A stretch of DNA of 58,468 bases from an uncultured Pelagibacteraceae bacterium (GTDB lineage: Bacteria; Pseudomonadota; Alphaproteobacteria; Pelagibacterales; Pelagibacteraceae), in NCBI GenBank assembly GCA_902522915.1, contig CABYXQ010000001.1, forward strand, positions 1 to 58,468, given 5' to 3'. The notes beneath the pieces were generated by a model. The model was given only the letters and a program-made list of their open reading frames with translations, made no database searches and was not told the origin of the DNA. Numbering within the stretch: the stretch's first letter is position 1; the number at the start of each line of letters is the position of its first letter. Both the position numbers and the translations under genes were made by a program. Positions 53,258 to 58,468 of the stretch are shown piece after piece.

Positions 53258-54333
53258 GATTTTACTAACAATTTTTTTTTTAAATTTGAGACAAATCTTC
53301 TAATAAAAGCAGCCGCAACTCCTAAAAAAATAGCAAACATAATTGTAAACAATCCATAAAAAAATGGCATTTCATTAGAAAATTGTTGAATAAATAATGA
53401 AAAAAAATTTAATTCTACGTCTTGAGCTTTCACTGTTCCATTTAAAATTTCTTCTGCAAAAAAAGTATCGTAAGCTATAGCTATGCCAACAATAAGCAAA
53501 AGAATTGCTAATAAAGCTCTTAATCCAGAACTATCAATTTTTTCACCCAATTTTTGTCCAACTTGAACACCTATAATTGATCCAACGACTAACATAAAAA
53601 CTAGCATTAAATCAATTGATCCATAATTAAATGAATGTAAAAAAGTAACTATGACGCTTACAAATATAGTTACAAAAAGAGAGGTTCCTGGAACTAATTT
53701 TGTTGGCATTTTAATAATATAAATCATCGCTGGTACCAAAATAAATGCACCGCCAATGCCCATTATTGCTGCAATAAAACCAACAACTAAACCTATAATA
53801 ATTGGAGTGAATGCACTTTCATATAATTTAGATTTTGGGAAACGCATTCGAAAAGGAAGGCCGTGTATCCAATAATGAACGTGTAATTTTTTTTTTTCTA
53901 CAAGATTTCTTTTTGCTTTATCAATTTCACCAAGACTTTCTACTAACATTAAAGTACCGATGATCGCTAAAATATACATATAAGCTAAAGATATAACTGT
54001 ATCTATTTTACCTATTCCTTTAAAATATGTGAATGTATAAATACCTAAACTTGTTCCAACAATGCCTCCTATTACAATCATTAGACCCATCTTGTAGTCT
54101 AGTGTATTTTTTAAATAATGAGTTGTAGATCCAGACACAGATGTAGCTAAAATATTGTTAGCTTCATTTGCAACAGCATACGCTGGAGGCACCCCTAAAA
54201 AAATTAAAAATGGTGTCATCAAAAAACCACCGCCAACACCAAATAAACCTGATAACACTCCAACTATTGCACTTAACAAAAGTATCTCAATGGGATTAAC
54301 AAAAACGTGCGCTATTGGTAAAAATACATCCAT
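53254..54333 (-). CDS. TauE/SafE-family sulfite exporter
   Basis: Duplicated GVLSGLFGVGGGFLMTP / GFIAAIMGIGGAFILVP motifs, GTSLF. Confidence 0.88.
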   Translation of the reverse strand: MDVFLPIAHVFVNPIEILLLSAIVGVLSGLFGVGGGFLMTPFLIFLGVPPAYAVANEANNILATSVSGSTTHYLKNTLDYKMGLMIVIGGIVGTSLGIYTFTYFKGIGKIDTVISLAYMYILAIIGTLMLVESLGEIDKAKRNLVEKKKLHVHYWIHGLPFRMRFPKSKLYESAFTPIIIGLVVGFIAAIMGIGGAFILVPAMIYIIKMPTKLVPGTSLFVTIFVSVIVTFLHSFNYGSIDLMLVFMLVVGSIIGVQVGQKLGEKIDSSGLRALLAILLLIVGIAIAYDTFFAEEILNGTVKAQDVELNFFSLFIQQFSNEMPFFYGLFTIMFAIFLGVAAAFIRRFVSNLKKKLLVKS

Positions 54334-54363
54334 AATTAATTAAATATGCTGTTTAAAAACAAC

Positions 54364-54498
54364 TTAGTTAAATGTGATAAAAGTTCCAACTAAAATAACT
54401 CCCCAATAAGCAGTTAGACTTAAAATTATTCCAGTTTTAATAAATTTAGTTTTGATATTTAAGAATTTATTTAAAATTTTTATGTTAGAAAATAGCAT
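54364..54498 (-). CDS. Small single-helix membrane protein (44 aa), hypothetical
   Basis: Hand translation MLFSNIKILNKFLNIKTKFIKTGIILSLTAYWGVILVGTFITFN; promoter-like sequence immediately upstream. Confidence 0.5.
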   Translation of the reverse strand: MLFSNIKILNKFLNIKTKFIKTGIILSLTAYWGVILVGTFITFN

Positions 54499-54506
54499 TT
54501 AGACCG

Positions 54507-54534
54507 TGAATACACCCAGAGCGTGATTTGTCAA
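54507..54534 (-). promoter_or_regulatory. Sigma70-like promoter for the small ORF / tauE unit
   Basis: Minus strand TTGACA-N16-TATTCA, ending 8 nt before the ATG at 54498. Confidence 0.45.
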
Positions 54535-54565
54535 ATAAATATTTGATTTTCGATGATTTTTTTTG

Positions 54566-54916
54566 TTAGTAAATTGTAGCACCAAAAACTTTAACTACAT
54601 CGTCCTCAACACCTAAAACAAGTCTACCAAGAAACTCTCCTGAAATTTCTTTGTTAGTTTGCTTTATTAATACAGTGATATGAATACCTCTTCTTAGACA
54701 ACCAAAAGGTTCGAATGTCTCATTTAAATTAGTAATAATTTTGTTATTTGCCCATTGTTTTCCTAGCTCGACTTCATTAGCACCAAAAAGCATTTGTGTT
54801 GAAAAATCTTTAGTAAATCCACCATAATCCTTAAGATTTGATGATCTAACTAAATTATCCCAAATAGGTTTAGCAATTTCAAATATCTCATCGTCAGTTT
54901 TTGACAAAATATCCAT
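54566..54916 (-). CDS. Hypothetical protein (116 aa) directly downstream of aprA
   Basis: Clean ORF starting 18 nt after the aprA stop, same strand; no motif recognised. Confidence 0.75.
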   Translation of the reverse strand: MDILSKTDDEIFEIAKPIWDNLVRSSNLKDYGGFTKDFSTQMLFGANEVELGKQWANNKIITNLNETFEPFGCLRRGIHITVLIKQTNKEISGEFLGRLVLGVEDDVVKVFGATIY

Positions 54917-54934
54917 ATTATTTAATTAAATATT

Positions 54935-56794
54935 TTAAGATGCTTTTTTCTTCTCGTTCTCATCCACGATATGGTATACAGGAACTTTCTCCATACTAAA
55001 TTTACCAGTTTTAGGATCTCTCCTTGAAACTGTTAAACAATGCCAATTGTCATCATCTAGTTTCATGTGATCTCCTCTATAATAATATCCTGGCCATCTA
55101 GTTTCTTCTCTAAACATCGTATGTTCAGTTACACATTGTGAGGTCAAAGCTCTATGCTTTAATTCCCAAGCTCTCATTAGTTGATGATAATCTTCTGCCC
55201 CAACATTCTCTAAATCCTCTTCTAACCAAGCTAAAAGCTCTAATCCTCTTTTAAGCATGTTAGCATTCGTCATATAATTTGTGGCTATTCCACCCACATA
55301 TTCATCCATAATTCTTTGTAAACGCTGCAATCCTTGAATAGGAGAAATATAGCTAGGGGAGACTGTCCCACCAGTAATTTCATTTTGAGCAACAGTGTAT
55401 GTTTCGAGAGGTTTATAAACCTTCGTTTTAAAATCCTCACACTGCTTATCAGATACTTTTAGACCTTCAGCTTTATTATCTTCAATATATTTAACTGCAG
55501 CTTTTGCAGCCAATCTACCTTCCGTGAAAGAACCTGATGAAAATTTATGTGCACTTCCACCTACAGTGTCACCGGCACCAAATAATCCATCAACAGTAAG
55601 CATTCTATTATAGCCCCAAAAGTATTCTGGTGGAGATAAATCTTCAGGTCCACTAACCCAGGCCCCAGAACATGTTGCATGAGAACCCATAACATATGGT
55701 TCAGATGTAGTTAACTCTGGGTTCGTATATTTTGGATCAATATTTTGAGAAGCCCAAACTACAGCTTGACCTACTGTCATACCTAAAAAATTTTCCCATC
55801 CAACAGTTTCTAAATGAGGGTCTTGGAAAGCTTCAGTTGTAACCATGTGAATAGGTCCACCGCCTGCCATTGTTTCTTGAATAAATGCATGATTTCTTAG
55901 ACAAGTAGGTGTTGGATGATGATCTATATATTCACCAACCAACTCTTTCGTTTGATTATACCATTTTTTTTCATAATTCTCGCCGTTAGCATTCTGGGTA
56001 TAAGTTTTTAAATGTAAAAAATATGCACCAACTGGACCGTATCCATCTTTAAATCTACACAAAACTATTCTGTTTTCCATTTGAGTCATTTTTGCACCAG
56101 CTGCAATCGGTAATGCATAAGCTGAGCCGTTGCTCCAAGGAGCATACCAGGTTCTACCCATCCCTTCTCCAACAGCTCTAGGTTTAAATATATGAGAAGC
56201 TCCACCTGCAGCAACTATTACTGCTTTTGCTCTAAAAACATGAAAATCACCTGTTCTCATGTTAAATCCTACAGCTCCACCAACTCTATTCTCTTTTTCT
56301 TCATCCATTAAAAGATGTGTTATCATAATTCTGTTATAAATTTTATCCGCCGATTTTTTTGCAGCTTCTGCGACTATAGGTTTGTAACTTTCGCCATGAA
56401 TCATTATTTGCCACTTACCTTCTCTTAGATATCTTCCTGTTTCTTCGTTTTTCATCATTGGAAGGCCCCACTCGTCAAACATATGAACTGTTGAATCAAC
56501 ATGACGTGCCATATCATACCCTAAATCTTCTCTAACCATTCCCATCAAATCGTTTCTAGCATATCTTACATGGTCTTCAGGTTGATTCTCATTCCACTGC
56601 ATTCCCATATAGCAATTAATAGCATAAAGACCTTGAGCTACAGCTCCACTTCTATCAATATTAGCTTTCTCAACACAAATAATTTTCATATCTCTACCCC
56701 AATGGCGAGCTTCAAAAGTTGCACCTGTACCCGCCATACCACCACCAACAACTAATATATCGCAATCTTCGTAATGAGTTTTGTGCTTAGCCAT
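54935..56794 (-). CDS. aprA: Adenylylsulfate (APS) reductase alpha subunit
   Basis: VGGGMAG, RSGAVAQGLYAINCY, WQIMIHGESYK, RFKDGYGPVGAYF, HKFSSGSFTEGR, FREETRWPGYYYR. Confidence 0.97.
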   Translation of the reverse strand: MAKHKTHYEDCDILVVGGGMAGTGATFEARHWGRDMKIICVEKANIDRSGAVAQGLYAINCYMGMQWNENQPEDHVRYARNDLMGMVREDLGYDMARHVDSTVHMFDEWGLPMMKNEETGRYLREGKWQIMIHGESYKPIVAEAAKKSADKIYNRIMITHLLMDEEKENRVGGAVGFNMRTGDFHVFRAKAVIVAAGGASHIFKPRAVGEGMGRTWYAPWSNGSAYALPIAAGAKMTQMENRIVLCRFKDGYGPVGAYFLHLKTYTQNANGENYEKKWYNQTKELVGEYIDHHPTPTCLRNHAFIQETMAGGGPIHMVTTEAFQDPHLETVGWENFLGMTVGQAVVWASQNIDPKYTNPELTTSEPYVMGSHATCSGAWVSGPEDLSPPEYFWGYNRMLTVDGLFGAGDTVGGSAHKFSSGSFTEGRLAAKAAVKYIEDNKAEGLKVSDKQCEDFKTKVYKPLETYTVAQNEITGGTVSPSYISPIQGLQRLQRIMDEYVGGIATNYMTNANMLKRGLELLAWLEEDLENVGAEDYHQLMRAWELKHRALTSQCVTEHTMFREETRWPGYYYRGDHMKLDDDNWHCLTVSRRDPKTGKFSMEKVPVYHIVDENEKKKAS

Positions 56795-57264
56795 TAATAG
56801 TAAACTCCTTTTTTAAATGATTCTTTTGGAACTGCAGGTAATTCACCATCTATATTAAGACCTTCGGGTTCAGTATATAATCTTTGAGAATTTAATTCTC
56901 CTTGTTTTACTTTTTCACCATCAGCAAGTTTTGGAATAAATTTACCCCAAGGTTTAGTTGTAATTGGTGAAACAAAATCCTTGGTTGTTCCATTTCTAAA
57001 TTTTATTTTCCAAGAGATAGTACCTTTTTCTTCTTCTCTTCTTACTCTTACACTATGACCCATAGGTGCAAAATCTGCATATCCTCTAACATCAATTGCA
57101 TGATTTGGGCAGGCTTTCACACATGAATAACATTCCCAACAAAAATTTGGTTCAATATTTTTTGCACGTCTAATATTTTCATCAATGTGCATAATGTCTG
57201 AAGGGCAAATATCTACGCAATGACCACAGCCATCACATCTAGTCATGTATACAAAAGTTGACAT
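56794..57264 (-). CDS. aprB: Adenylylsulfate reductase beta subunit
   Basis: CDGCGHCVDICP and CWECYSCVKACP 4Fe-4S motifs, VRGYADF. Confidence 0.97.
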   Translation of the reverse strand: MSTFVYMTRCDGCGHCVDICPSDIMHIDENIRRAKNIEPNFCWECYSCVKACPNHAIDVRGYADFAPMGHSVRVRREEEKGTISWKIKFRNGTTKDFVSPITTKPWGKFIPKLADGEKVKQGELNSQRLYTEPEGLNIDGELPAVPKESFKKGVYY

Positions 57265-57294
57265 ATTTATTTTTCTCCTTTTTTTATTATCATA

Positions 57295-58089
57295 TTAATA
57301 ATGTTTTGGCTCTTCTCTTTTTATGCCTAAGCCAAATTGCTCAGGTGCATCTGCTGGAGGTGGTAGATTATCTCTTGATCCATCAGCTTCAGCTAAATTC
57401 TTTTGAATGGCAGCACCTGGTTTATAAAACATATGAGCAAATTTTGACCAATATACTCCACCAAATAAAATTAAGTTAGATGCCACAAATAAAGTTAAGA
57501 ATAAATATGCTAGACCCATTTGACCATTAAATTGAGTATAAGACCAAGCTAGGCCAAAAGTTGCACAAGCAAGTAACGCTAATACAAATAAATCCGCTTT
57601 AATTATTCTATACCATGGGTGAGCTTCTGCAGAAACATCAACTCTTAAAAAAAACCAAAACCAGTAACCGCCAATACATGTTAGAACAGCACCAACATGC
57701 CAAAGTATTGACCAGATAGATGATGAAGACTTGTCAGCACCTGTATAACAAAAAACTAACATTGCTGAAGATACCCAAAATATAATTGTTCCGTACATTC
57801 CTAATACATGAGCTAATCTTCTTTTTCCAAAACCAAGCTCTGACGTTGTGCCAATATCATAAACAGTAGTCTTTGCAATAATTGATGCTCTCTCACCTAA
57901 TCCAATATCCCTAGTTGCCTGAAGTTTAGCTTTTTTAGCATTATTTAAAAAGTACGTTAGATTCTTGTGGCTGATCATTTGAATTATTGTACCAAGTGCA
58001 ATCAACACAACCATTGCAATTATGAAGCTTTGCATTGCAATTGGTTGGACAGTTTCTGCTAATATAGAAAATGGATTAGTTTCAAACAT
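57295..58089 (-). CDS. aprM: APS reductase membrane anchor
   Basis: Multi-TM protein directly upstream of aprB; RRLAHVLGMYG, FWFFLRVDV, WSKFAHMFYKP. Confidence 0.9.
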   Translation of the reverse strand: MFETNPFSILAETVQPIAMQSFIIAMVVLIALGTIIQMISHKNLTYFLNNAKKAKLQATRDIGLGERASIIAKTTVYDIGTTSELGFGKRRLAHVLGMYGTIIFWVSSAMLVFCYTGADKSSSSIWSILWHVGAVLTCIGGYWFWFFLRVDVSAEAHPWYRIIKADLFVLALLACATFGLAWSYTQFNGQMGLAYLFLTLFVASNLILFGGVYWSKFAHMFYKPGAAIQKNLAEADGSRDNLPPPADAPEQFGLGIKREEPKHY

Positions 58090-58200
58090 TATACCCTTAT
58101 GTTAAATCTTTTTTAAATATTTTGAAAGTTTTCTAATCTAGTTAATTCTTTAGTTCAACATAAACTATTGGTCATTTTGTCATTAATCACACCTTATAAT

Positions 58201-58468
58201 TTATAATTTTCGTTTGTAATGTTGTTTTTTTGGAATTACAGCTCTAACTCCTCCCTGAGGATTCTCAACATCACCTTCTCTTCTGGGAATCAGGTGAATA
58301 TGGCAATGCATAATTGATTGTCCAGATACTTTACCGATATTAGTTCCTATATTAAAAGCTACAATGCTTTTGTCTTTATTTTTAACTTCTTGCTTAATAA
58401 TTTTAATTAAATCATTACAAGCTATTAATTCCTCATTAGTTAATTCAAAATAATCACTTAAATGTCTT
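58201..58468 (-). CDS. HIT-family nucleotide hydrolase/transferase (5' end runs off the window)
   Basis: Hand translation ...RHLSDYFELTNEE...FNIGTNIGKVSGQSIMHCHIHLIPRREGDVENPQGGVRAVIPKKQHY; histidine triad HCHIH; not in ORF track. Confidence 0.9.
   Translation of the reverse strand, partial: RHLSDYFELTNEELIACNDLIKIIKQEVKNKDKSIVAFNIGTNIGKVSGQSIMHCHIHLIPRREGDVENPQGGVRAVIPKKQHYKRKL

Noticed and set aside
3214-57479. Many 60-144 aa ORFs in the track that overlap larger genes (e.g. 3214-3504, 12290-12724, 22777-23088, 33610-33918, 52441-52677, 57258-57479)
   Set aside because: Antisense or alternate-frame shadows of well-supported genes, with no recognisable motifs
54935-58089. aprAB as evidence of dissimilatory sulfate reduction
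   Set aside because: AprM anchor rather than QmoABC, no dsr or sat in the window, and the SAR11-like context favours the oxidative direction

Overview
Strongly AT-rich, extremely compact alphaproteobacterial DNA; gene content, gene order and near-zero intergenic spacing point to SAR11 (Pelagibacterales). About 1-34.5 kb is housekeeping, all on the minus strand: dxr (partial), cdsA, uppS, frr, tsf, rpsB, dnaE, lolD, lolC/E, proS, DUF1467, rnj, coaX, birA, the complete nuoA-N operon, tRNA-Asp, tRNA-Val, lon, clpX, clpP, tig and tRNA-Leu. About 34.6-39.7 kb is a mixed accessory stretch: small ORFs, histidine phosphatase, family-5 UDG, thioesterase, DUF3047, SDR, NCS1 permease. About 39.7-58.5 kb reads as an organosulfonate-to-sulfate catabolic supercluster. 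It holds a TRAP transporter divergent from an IseJ-like GMC dehydrogenase and TerC gene, an HpsO-like SDR, xsc divergent from suyAB plus a SuyZ/TauZ-type exporter, a TauE-type exporter and aprMBA. There is no sat, pta or regulator in the window. A HIT-family nucleotide hydrolase/transferase sits directly upstream of aprM, where sat normally lies; I propose it as a candidate Sat substitute that discharges APS. Other points: a one-base frameshift in an A8 tract of cdsA, no pyrH or hupB at their usual positions, a 40-bp-period direct repeat between tRNA-Asp and nuoA, and four small ORFs missed by the ORF track. No CRISPR, rRNA, integrase or transposase was seen. All functional calls come from motif recognition by eye, without database searches.
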